Shown one piece after another: positions 54,579 to 62,810 of a DNA stretch of 64,000 bases (position 1 is the first letter of the stretch; each line of letters starts with the position of its first letter). A model generated the notes under the pieces. The model saw only the letters and a program-made list of their open reading frames with translations. It did not search any database and had not been told where the DNA came from. Both the position numbers and the translations under genes were made by a program. The stretch lies in assembly GCA_965215335.1 (NCBI GenBank), contig CBDCDA010000001.1, positions 992,001-1,056,000 of the forward strand, in the 5' to 3' direction. The DNA comes from an uncultured Candidatus Entotheonella sp. (lineage in GTDB: Bacteria; Tectomicrobia; Entotheonellia; Entotheonellales; Entotheonellaceae).

Positions 54579-55229
54579 ATGCCCGAGCCGCGCGTCGCGC
54601 CGTACGTCTGGGTGACCTGGATTTCCAGGCTGTTGGCTGGTGACGCCCACTGCGCCTGGGCCGCCTGGTTTCGGGCGCATCACACCTATGACCGGCTGTC
54701 GAGCGATTTCGATGCGGCCAGGTGGGCGAGCGAGCACACCGCCATGGTACGCGAGCAGGCCGAAGCCCTGCGGCAGGCATCGTATACGGTGTCACTGGAA
54801 GAGCAGAACATCTTTCGTCTGCAAGGGCAACAAGGCGTCACCCTCGGTGGCAAGCCGGACATCGTGGCCTGGCGAGATGGCGAGGCGCGGGTCGTCGAGT
54901 GCAAGACCGGCCAGCCGCGCCACGCCGACAGGATCCAGGTGATGATCTACATGCTCGTCCTGCCGCACGCCCAGCCCGTCTGGCGAGGGCGGACATTGAG
55001 CGGCCGCGTGCATTATCAGAACGACGATGTGGACGTTCTCCCCGACGCCCTCGATAGCGGCTTCAGGGCACGTTTCCGGGAGATGATGGCGCAAGTGGGC
55101 GGCGATACGGCATTGGCGCGCGTGCCAGCCTTCAACGAGTGCCGTTTCTGCGACATCGGCCGGCTCGACTGTCCCGAACGCATCGACACCCGGCCGGACG
55201 ACGGCGCTAACGGGCACAATTTGTCTTGA
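54579..55229 (+). CDS. Solo Cas4/RecB-like PD-(D/E)XK nuclease with 4-Cys Fe-S motif
   Basis: N-terminal Cys (HCAW), GKPDIV, VECKT, QVMIY, C-terminal CRFC..C. Confidence 0.8.
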   Translation: MPEPRVAPYVWVTWISRLLAGDAHCAWAAWFRAHHTYDRLSSDFDAARWASEHTAMVREQAEALRQASYTVSLEEQNIFRLQGQQGVTLGGKPDIVAWRDGEARVVECKTGQPRHADRIQVMIYMLVLPHAQPVWRGRTLSGRVHYQNDDVDVLPDALDSGFRARFREMMAQVGGDTALARVPAFNECRFCDIGRLDCPERIDTRPDDGANGHNLS

Positions 55230-55237
55230 CTCGGCGG

Positions 55238-56239
55238 TCAGGCGCGCGGCTCGACCAACAGGCGGCCGGTGACCTTGCCTTGCAGGATGTCGCTGATGGC
55301 CTGCGGGAGTTCGGAGAGGGTGATGACGCGGGCGAGCCGCTCCAGGTGGCGGGGCTTCAGGTCGGTCGCCAGCCGCTGCCAGATCGCCTGGCGGCAGGAC
55401 ATCGGACAGGCAACGGAATCGATACCGAGCAGATTGACGCCGCGCAGCAGGAACGGGATGACGGTGCCGGCGAAATCGTGTCCGCCAACGAGGCCGCAGA
55501 TCGCGATGTTGCCACCGTATCCGGTGGTGCGGATCAGGCCGCTGAGTGTCGAGCCGCCTACCGTGTCCACCGCTCCCGCCCAGATGCCTTTGAGCAACGG
55601 GCGCGGCTTCGGGTCGGTCAGATTCACGTCGTCGCGGCTGAGAATCTGGCTGGCACCGAGTTCCCGCAGCAGGTCGTGCTGCTCAGGCTTGCCGGTGCTG
55701 GCGGCGACGGTGTAACCCTGCTGGGCCAGGACGTCCACGGCGATGCTCCCGACCCCGCCGGTGGCGCCGGTGACCAGGATCGGGCCGTGATCCGGGGCCG
55801 TGCCGTTGCGCTCCATGGCCAGCAGGCACATGGCTGCCGTAAACCCGGCGGTACCGAGCGCCATGGCCTCGAAATCGCTCAAGGTATCGGGCGTCCTGGC
55901 TACCCAGGCCGCCGGCACGCGGGCGTATTCGGCGTACCCGCCGAAGGACCCGACGCCGAAGTCGTAGCCGGTGATCACCACCCGCTCGCCCACCGCAACG
56001 TCAGCCGATTCACTGGCGACCACGACTCCGGCGGCATCGACCCCAGGCACGTGCGGATACTGCCGCACAACGTCGCCCCGACCGGTGGCGGCCAGCCCGT
56101 CCTTGTAGTTCAGGGACGAATACGCCACTTTGATCGTCACCGCACCCGCCGGAAGGTTCTCCGGGGACAGGGAAGTGATGCGCCCGTCAACTCGGTCGCC
56201 CTGTCTATCAACCACGTATGCCGTGAAACGGTCCCTCAA
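55238..56239 (-). CDS. yhdH: YhdH/AcuI-family NADPH-dependent oxidoreductase (acryloyl-CoA reductase-like)
   Basis: YSSLNYKD, GTAGFTA, TGATGGVGS, PFLLRGVNLLGIDS. Confidence 0.9.
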   Translation of the reverse strand: MRDRFTAYVVDRQGDRVDGRITSLSPENLPAGAVTIKVAYSSLNYKDGLAATGRGDVVRQYPHVPGVDAAGVVVASESADVAVGERVVITGYDFGVGSFGGYAEYARVPAAWVARTPDTLSDFEAMALGTAGFTAAMCLLAMERNGTAPDHGPILVTGATGGVGSIAVDVLAQQGYTVAASTGKPEQHDLLRELGASQILSRDDVNLTDPKPRPLLKGIWAGAVDTVGGSTLSGLIRTTGYGGNIAICGLVGGHDFAGTVIPFLLRGVNLLGIDSVACPMSCRQAIWQRLATDLKPRHLERLARVITLSELPQAISDILQGKVTGRLLVEPRA

Positions 56240-56306
56240 GATGTCGCCTCCCCGGGATGGCCACGTCGGCCTATAAGCGGACCGGCAACGTAGAAAACGA
56301 CGCCGG

Positions 56307-56315
56307 ATTATATCA
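56307..56315 (-). promoter_or_regulatory. Extended -10 element upstream of yhdH
   Basis: TGATATAAT (TGnTATAAT) about 70 bp upstream of the TTG start. Confidence 0.5.
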
Positions 56316-56443
56316 TCGGTGCCCTGTGGTGTCGAGGTAGAGCCACAGCCGGACCAACGGGGATTCCTGCCGGGCTCGCGGCGGACCGCCTCAACGTAAA
56401 GCCCGAACAAGTCGTTACAGGAGGAACCCGTCTGGAACCCCCC

Positions 56444-58192
56444 TTACAGCAAGCGCCATTCCTCCGACCGGTCGTCGTCTTCAAGCGGAGCCGGCTGAGC
56501 GATGGCATCGGCGAAGCCCTGCATGCGGCCCAGGGCGGCTTGCAGGTCTTCGAATAAGGTGTCCGGCAACCCCGCGGCCGCAAACACGGCCGCATCGAGC
56601 CGGCCGCGCTCCGAGCCGTTGGTATGCAGGAATTGGTTGTAGGCTCTCTCAATCTGATTCAGCGCCGGCGGGGCCAGGCGGCGCACGTCGACGACCAGCG
56701 CCTCTCCGACGCTGCCGGGGCTGAGGTTGTAAACGCCGCCGCCATACACGTGCGCGTTCACGCGCAGGGCCATTTCGGTGATGCTGGCATTCAACATCGC
56801 CAGCAGCGGCTTCGTCGCAACGTCTGCCTGCGGCATGAGTTCGATGAAGTTCTCGCTCGCCACCCATCCGACCTGATTCCACACCACCCGCAGGCGCCGA
56901 TACATCCGGCGCGGCAGCAAGATCGGCGCCGTGCCGCGGCGGGTCAGATGATCCAGCAGGTTGTACCAGGGCGTGCGGCGCGTCTTGGCCAGACGCGGCA
57001 GGTTTTGTACCCCGATGACGGGATGCGCCTGACCGCGCGGCGTCAGCACCTGGTTCTCCCAGTACTCGACGTAACGCAGTACCCGCATGCCGGCCAGGCG
57101 CGCCTTGGCGTCCCTGCACGCCAGCACGTAGTGCCGCGCCGACAGGTCGGTACTGAGGCACGGTGTGTCGAAGTCCTTGGGCGACAGCAACAAGGGCATG
57201 AGCCAGCGGCGTTCGAGTTGCCAGCGCTGCTGGACGGCCAGCGGCACGACGTAAAACATCTTGGCATATGTCTGCAGGCCGAGGCGCACCTGTGCCAGGG
57301 AACCCAGAGGCGTCAGGCCGGCATGTTCCCGCAACGTCTTGTACACCCCTGGAGCATAGAGCAACGGCGTCCACTTGGCGCCGGGTTTTAACGCCTCCAG
57401 CGGCAAAATCGTGCCGTCGAGCTGCGGCGAGGCGCCATCCAGCAACCTGCAGGGGTCGCGCGGCAGGCTCTCTGGCAGCCGCCCGTTGAACGACACGAAA
57501 GCGACGGGTCGATGTCCCCCGGCCTCCGTCTCGGCGCGCCTTTCGGCCAGCAGAACCACGGGCCGCACCCGCACCTGGCGGAAAATTCGCGTCTGGAATC
57601 CGAGCACGCCCCGCACCACAAAGGTCCGCAACAGGTAGTCTTTGAAGGCGGTGCCATACCGCATGTCCAGCCAGCTGTCGGAGATGATGAGGGCCAAACG
57701 CCCGCCGGGTTTCAGGAACCGCGCGCCGTGGATGACGACGTAACATTGCGGATCGGTGCGACGCGAAAATTTGCCGGTCTCCGGTGACTGCGCCACGCTG
57801 CCCCGCAGCGCGTCCATCTCCTGCTGCCGCCAGTGACGCACACCGGGCGGATTGCCAACCATCGCGTCCATGATGGGGGGGAAAGAGGTGTTGAAGAAAT
57901 CGCCGCTGCGAATACCGGGTAGCTCGCTCGGCAGGCCGTGCGAGCTGAAAGCCTGCCGCAGCACCGGCGCCGCGTCGGGACGGACATCGATACCGTGCAG
58001 TTGGCGGGCAAGCCGGTCGGCAGAGGTGCCGAGCGCTTGCAGGCACTTGGCGCTTTCCAGCAGAAACGTTCCCTCGCCAAAGCCCGCGTCGAGGACGTGA
58101 TCGTCCGCCGAGCGCAACGCCCAGCGCACCAGGAGCCCCGCAATGGCGGGCGGCGTACGAACGAAGCCTTGCGATTTCAGAGCGTTGTTCAT
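56444..58192 (-). CDS. Orphan N6-adenine DNA methyltransferase-like protein (TaqI/Eco57I-like) with degenerate motif IV
   Basis: TPPAIA, motif I DAGFGEGTFL, VGNPPGVR, LKPGGRLALII.DSWL..RYG, C-terminal TRD-like region. Confidence 0.8.
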   Translation of the reverse strand: MNNALKSQGFVRTPPAIAGLLVRWALRSADDHVLDAGFGEGTFLLESAKCLQALGTSADRLARQLHGIDVRPDAAPVLRQAFSSHGLPSELPGIRSGDFFNTSFPPIMDAMVGNPPGVRHWRQQEMDALRGSVAQSPETGKFSRRTDPQCYVVIHGARFLKPGGRLALIISDSWLDMRYGTAFKDYLLRTFVVRGVLGFQTRIFRQVRVRPVVLLAERRAETEAGGHRPVAFVSFNGRLPESLPRDPCRLLDGASPQLDGTILPLEALKPGAKWTPLLYAPGVYKTLREHAGLTPLGSLAQVRLGLQTYAKMFYVVPLAVQQRWQLERRWLMPLLLSPKDFDTPCLSTDLSARHYVLACRDAKARLAGMRVLRYVEYWENQVLTPRGQAHPVIGVQNLPRLAKTRRTPWYNLLDHLTRRGTAPILLPRRMYRRLRVVWNQVGWVASENFIELMPQADVATKPLLAMLNASITEMALRVNAHVYGGGVYNLSPGSVGEALVVDVRRLAPPALNQIERAYNQFLHTNGSERGRLDAAVFAAAGLPDTLFEDLQAALGRMQGFADAIAQPAPLEDDDRSEEWRLL

Positions 58193-58267
58193 TCCGACAG
58201 GGGCCCCCCGGAGTGGGAAACGGCTTTCCCAAGGGCGCTCCGGGGAGCGCAAACGGGGTGGCCGTTT

Positions 58268-59056
58268 TCAGGCGCCATTCAGGAAGCCGATAACCGCTTC
58301 AACGAAATCCGTGGGATTTTCGTACATCGGCATGTGGCCGCAGCGCGGCATGATCGACACCTGCGAACCACTTATACGGCGCTGAAATGCCTGGGCATAC
58401 GCCGCCGGCACCAGCCCGTCCGATTGGCCCCAGAGAATCAGGGTGGGCGCCTTGACGCGATGGATGCGTTTCTTCAGACCCTTATCGGGAATCGGCCACA
58501 GGAACTTGCCGGCCGTCGCCAGATGCTGCATGCGCAAGAGGTAGGCCTGCAACTGGGCCTGTTCGTCTTCCGGCACGGCCATCATCGCCTTGGCGACCTC
58601 GGATTCCGGGTCGTGCCACAGGGCGATGCCGAGCTGGTCCGGGGTCATGGCGAAAAAGTCGGCGACCGGATGGCTGTCCAGCCACAGCCCCACGGCGTTG
58701 GCCAGGACCAGCCGCCGCACCCGATGCGGGCTGAGGGCGGCCAGTTCGGCGGCGACCATGCCGCCCATCGAGTGCCCGACGAGGTGCAGCGACTCGATCC
58801 CCAAGACGTCAAGCAGGTCGTTGTAGTAGACCACCAGATCGACAACGTCATCCACGTGCTCGATACCGCTGCTACTTTCAAAACCCGGATGCGACGGGGC
58901 GTACACGGTGTAACGACGGGCCAGTTCGGCCAGAAAGGGGTCCCAGTCCCGCAAACCGCCGGCGCCGTGCAGGAAGAGCAGCGGCTCGCCACGCCCATCG
59001 GTGCGCAGCTTGGTCTTGAACAACCCATCTCGAACAGTGACGGTTCTTTCCTCCAC
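58268..59056 (-). CDS. Alpha/beta fold hydrolase
   Basis: LHGAGG, HPGF, GHSMGG, ILWG..D, CGH. Confidence 0.9.
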   Translation of the reverse strand: MEERTVTVRDGLFKTKLRTDGRGEPLLFLHGAGGLRDWDPFLAELARRYTVYAPSHPGFESSSGIEHVDDVVDLVVYYNDLLDVLGIESLHLVGHSMGGMVAAELAALSPHRVRRLVLANAVGLWLDSHPVADFFAMTPDQLGIALWHDPESEVAKAMMAVPEDEQAQLQAYLLRMQHLATAGKFLWPIPDKGLKKRIHRVKAPTLILWGQSDGLVPAAYAQAFQRRISGSQVSIMPRCGHMPMYENPTDFVEAVIGFLNGA

Positions 59057-59120
59057 AACAGCCCTCTCTTGACAGATGTTATCGGGTCGGGAACCGCGGC
59101 CGCCTTGTCGCGGCCGACGT

Positions 59121-59149
59121 ACCATAATGACCGGTCAACGGGTTGTCAA
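59121..59149 (-). promoter_or_regulatory. Putative sigma70 promoter for the hydrolase gene
   Basis: TTGACA-N17-TATGGT on the minus strand, overlapping the cobW-like stop codon. Confidence 0.55.
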
Positions 59150-60048
59150 CGCGGTGGCCCGGGCCGGCGGATGACCACCACGCGGCCGATCAGCCGTTCC
59201 GGCGGCGTACTTGGAGGCTCGAGCAATTCAAGGCGGCGGCCTACCCCCTGCAGCAGTCGGATCCCGTCGGAGGTGCGCACGAATCCCTTGGCCCGCAGCA
59301 TGCCGAGACCCCGCAGCCAGGCCACAAGCTCCTCGGAGGCGGCGCCAGCCGAAACGGGAATCTCACAGGTCTCGAACGCCTCGTGATGGTGGGGCACGAC
59401 GGATCTCCCAGCGGCGCGGCGCTGACGCCGCAGGCCGTCAGGGTCGGGCGGAAAGAGCAGCGCCGTCTCCACTTTGCCATGACACGCATGTAACACCGGG
59501 GTGTCCGGCGCCATATCGTGCAGCAGGGCCTCAAGCCGCCCCAGGTCAGACGCGGGCACCAGGTCGATCTTGTTCAGAAGAAGCAGATCCGCCGACGACA
59601 CCTGATCTTCAAAGGTGCCATACAGGTCGCGGCCTTCGACCAGTTGCTCGGCGTTCACCACCACGACGGCCACGTCGTCCTCCACCCAGACGCTCACCGG
59701 CTCGCGCCAGAATTGCAACTGCGTGTCGGACGGCAGCGCCACCCCGGAGGTCTCGACGATCACCCGGTCCGGCTGCACGCGCTCCCTCAGCATTTGCAGG
59801 GTGTCTCGCAATTCGTCGGACAACTGGCAACAGACACAGCCACCCTCCAATTCGACAAACGCCTCGCCGCCTTCTCCCAACAGCGCCTGATCGATGCCCA
59901 AGGCACCGAATTCGTTGGAGATCACCGCCACCCGCACGCCGCTATCCCGGGCTGCACGCAGCAAATGCCGCACCAAGGTCGTCTTGCCCGAGCCGAGAAA
60001 ACCGGACACGACAAGCACCGGGATGCTCCGGTCCGCCGGGTTGTTCAT
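59146..60048 (-). CDS. CobW/COG0523 GTPase metallochaperone
   Basis: GFLGSGKTT, NEFG, GCVCC, VETSG, LNKID, RAKG. Confidence 0.92.
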   Translation of the reverse strand: MNNPADRSIPVLVVSGFLGSGKTTLVRHLLRAARDSGVRVAVISNEFGALGIDQALLGEGGEAFVELEGGCVCCQLSDELRDTLQMLRERVQPDRVIVETSGVALPSDTQLQFWREPVSVWVEDDVAVVVVNAEQLVEGRDLYGTFEDQVSSADLLLLNKIDLVPASDLGRLEALLHDMAPDTPVLHACHGKVETALLFPPDPDGLRRQRRAAGRSVVPHHHEAFETCEIPVSAGAASEELVAWLRGLGMLRAKGFVRTSDGIRLLQGVGRRLELLEPPSTPPERLIGRVVVIRRPGPPR

Positions 60049-60123
60049 ACCACCCCTTTCAGTCGGACAGTCGAGCCTGTCAGCAGACCGCCACGCAATG
60101 TGTCAGGTTGTCGGCAGGGAACA

Positions 60124-60152
60124 AATCAGGCGCCTGCGGCAGGCGCCTGATT
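60124..60152. repeat. 14-bp perfect inverted repeat overlapping the mucR 3' end
   Basis: AATCAGGCGCCTGC-G-GCAGGCGCCTGATT. Confidence 0.7.
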
Positions 60153-60653
60153 GCGGTCTCGGACGCCCTTGGTCGTACCGCCGTTCTTGTGCTCCTGGGC
60201 CTTGATGTAGGTCGGCGCCTTCTCCCATGGACGGCTCCGCTGCACGATTTTCTTGCGCATCGTCGTGGTTTCCTTGGAAGATAGCGGCTGAATGCGTGGA
60301 ATGCCGAATTCGACACGGTAGGAGCGCGCGTCGAGGCCGTGTTCTTTCAGGTGCCTGACCGAAAGCTGCTTGAACGCCGCGCCGCATACCATGCACACAA
60401 TCGCGTGCTTCTTGATGCTCTGCTTCCAATTGGCAGGGATGCTTTTGACCTTGCTGCTCTCCTGCGGTGCCTCTTCTCTCTCATTGACTGAAACGCCGGT
60501 GATGGTTTCCCCGACGTCTTCCTTGTTCTTCAATTCAATCAGGCTGGCATGAGTCTTCTGCAACTCCTTGTGCATCTCCTCCAGTGGCAATGCGCCTACC
60601 TGGATTTGCGCCATGACCAGGTCCTTAGCCATCTCAAGTACAGACTGTGCCAT
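60126..60653 (-). CDS. mucR: MucR/Ros-family zinc-finger transcriptional regulator
   Basis: SI....IVCMVCG..FKQL..RHL..HGL....YR..FG. Confidence 0.88.
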   Translation of the reverse strand: MAQSVLEMAKDLVMAQIQVGALPLEEMHKELQKTHASLIELKNKEDVGETITGVSVNEREEAPQESSKVKSIPANWKQSIKKHAIVCMVCGAAFKQLSVRHLKEHGLDARSYRVEFGIPRIQPLSSKETTTMRKKIVQRSRPWEKAPTYIKAQEHKNGGTTKGVRDRNQAPAAGA

Positions 60654-60962
60654 TTTCAAAATCCTCTATAAACGATATGCCTTGCAAATCCAACATGTCT
60701 ACCGTCCCTGACATGGAGACCGCACAAAGATATAGAGCAACCTTTAACTGAAGTCAAGAAAACGAGACTTCCAGTCAACAAATGACTGCTGAACGCAATT
60801 GAGAGCAGCAAGTACCCGATCCTTACCTGCTTCCATCTTGTTGCAAGATGATGCAGTTACAAGGGACAAGCAAAAGGACGGTTGAGGTTTCCCTGCCTCG
60901 GCATACTCCAAATCAATAATGCTGCCACGCCAGGCGCGCCGAAACAGGAAATGGGGGAAGGC

Positions 60963-62660
60963 TCAGAATGCCTCGCTGGACGCCGCGATGGCCTCCAGTT
61001 CGTCTCGGGTGTAGGAACCCAGGCTGCGGAAGTCGAACTCGGTGTAATTCTTGATCCATCGCAACGCAATGGCATACGCCTTGCGATAGCGCTCGGCGGC
61101 CTGGCGCTGCGGTTCGCTGCCGGGATCAGGGAGACGCGCGGTGATGTCGTCGCGCTCTTCCTGCAGCAGGCGCTTGACCAAGGCGAAATCGTGCCGTTGG
61201 CCAGGGTCGGTGCTGTCGCCCACGCGATGCAGAATGCGCTGCGCGACCTGCGCCACGGACATGCGCCCGGTGGCCAGGTCCTCCATCAGAGCGGGATGGA
61301 TACCCGGCCTGCCGGCCAGGCTGTCGATGCCCTTGGCGCCCCTGCCCTGCAGCCAGCCTTCGAGGTATTCCAGAACCATGCGGGCGTTGCGGCGTGTGCC
61401 TTCAAGGGTGACAGGACCATCGGGCACCCGGATGTCGATGGGGTAGCTGTCCGGATCCGCCATTTCAGGAGACGGGCTCCAGCCCGTCGCGTGGAGTTCC
61501 TCAAACGGCCTGGCAGCCGTGTCCATGTGGAAGATATGCGCCACCCAGGCGCGCCGAAAACCCTGCTCCGCCTCCCACTGCTTGTCGGTCCGAATACCTT
61601 CCGCGGCCACCTCGTTGACACGCGGATCGGAACTCGGCAGCGGCGTCGCCATGCCACCGATGGGCACGGCGCCACGTTTCAGGCAAATGGCCACCAGACG
61701 CCGGAAAATGGTAGCGAGGAAGTCCGTTGTCTTGATATCGACGCCAAACCGGTCCGGCCACACCGAGGCAGGGTCGGCCATCACGTATTCGAAAATGCTG
61801 GCCTTGAAATCCCAGCGCGCCGCGTTGAGACCGGCCGCATAGGGACCCAAGGCGTACAGCATTTCCTCCATCTGGTAAGCCGCGGGGAGCGATTCGACCA
61901 GGATGATGGCACGGATGACGGCGTCACCAAGAAACGACAGATAGGCTTGGCTGGCCGCGAAGTAGTCCCGCCAAAAGGCGGCCTCGTCGGCCGATTCCAG
62001 CTTCGGCAGGTAGAAATAGATACCCTGCCCCCGCTCGGCCTGCCCCCGCCCGGCATGGAACAGGGTGAGCGCCGTGCCCAGAATCGCCGCCGAAACCGGC
62101 TTGCCGTCGATCGTGACGTCCGGTTCATCGAGATGCAGGCCGCGTTCGCGGTGCATGAAGAACGGCAACTTCCCCTCGGCGAGACGGTACTCGCGACCAC
62201 GCGCGGGATCGGAAAACGACAGGGTACGTTCAACCGCCGCCAGGCGGTTGCGAGCCGCCGTCAGCGTGTCGACCAGTCGATGCCCGGCGGCATCCTCGTC
62301 GTCGTCCAGGTCGCCGACGGCACGCGAACCCTCCGGCCCGGGATTCAGCGCGTTGATGAACATGTGGGTGATGGAAGCCGGTCCGGAAATTTCGATGCCG
62401 GGGCGTTTCAACTCTTCAGGAACCGGCGGCACCTGCCAATCGCCGGTGTTGATCTCCGACACGGCGGGATGGGTAGGGAGAACGCCGTCCTCCAGGGCGC
62501 GGCGCAGCACCTCGGCGCGGCGCGCGCGCAGCGCTTCGACGCGCGACGCAAATGCCTCATGCAAGTGCACCAGATAATCGACAAAGGCAGCGCTGAAGCA
62601 TTCAGCCGCTCCCGCTACCGGAGCGAATGCCACCCGCTCCGCCGTCCCTGTCTCTGCCAT
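60963..62660 (-). CDS. aceB: Malate synthase (divergent A-type)
   Basis: EISGP, RxRGLH, YLPKLES..EA..W, GLNAARWDF, IGGM, AWVAH, LMEDLAT. Confidence 0.85.
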   Translation of the reverse strand: MAETGTAERVAFAPVAGAAECFSAAFVDYLVHLHEAFASRVEALRARRAEVLRRALEDGVLPTHPAVSEINTGDWQVPPVPEELKRPGIEISGPASITHMFINALNPGPEGSRAVGDLDDDEDAAGHRLVDTLTAARNRLAAVERTLSFSDPARGREYRLAEGKLPFFMHRERGLHLDEPDVTIDGKPVSAAILGTALTLFHAGRGQAERGQGIYFYLPKLESADEAAFWRDYFAASQAYLSFLGDAVIRAIILVESLPAAYQMEEMLYALGPYAAGLNAARWDFKASIFEYVMADPASVWPDRFGVDIKTTDFLATIFRRLVAICLKRGAVPIGGMATPLPSSDPRVNEVAAEGIRTDKQWEAEQGFRRAWVAHIFHMDTAARPFEELHATGWSPSPEMADPDSYPIDIRVPDGPVTLEGTRRNARMVLEYLEGWLQGRGAKGIDSLAGRPGIHPALMEDLATGRMSVAQVAQRILHRVGDSTDPGQRHDFALVKRLLQEERDDITARLPDPGSEPQRQAAERYRKAYAIALRWIKNYTEFDFRSLGSYTRDELEAIAASSEAF

Positions 62661-62810
62661 GCAAAAAAACCTCCCTGCTCCCTGAGTCTTTCTCCTGGTA
62701 TCGCTCGCATTGGCGCGAACCGAGTTCGTCCCCCTGGCGAGGCCGGAATGCCTCGCTGGGACACGAATACGTCCCCATGACTTCGATCACCACCATGTCG
62801 GAATGGTCGG

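Noticed and set aside
62661..62810. Canonical glycine riboswitch before malate synthase
   Set aside because: The GGAGA...CCGAAG...CTCAGG arrangement is not present in the expected order; kept only as an unassigned structured leader
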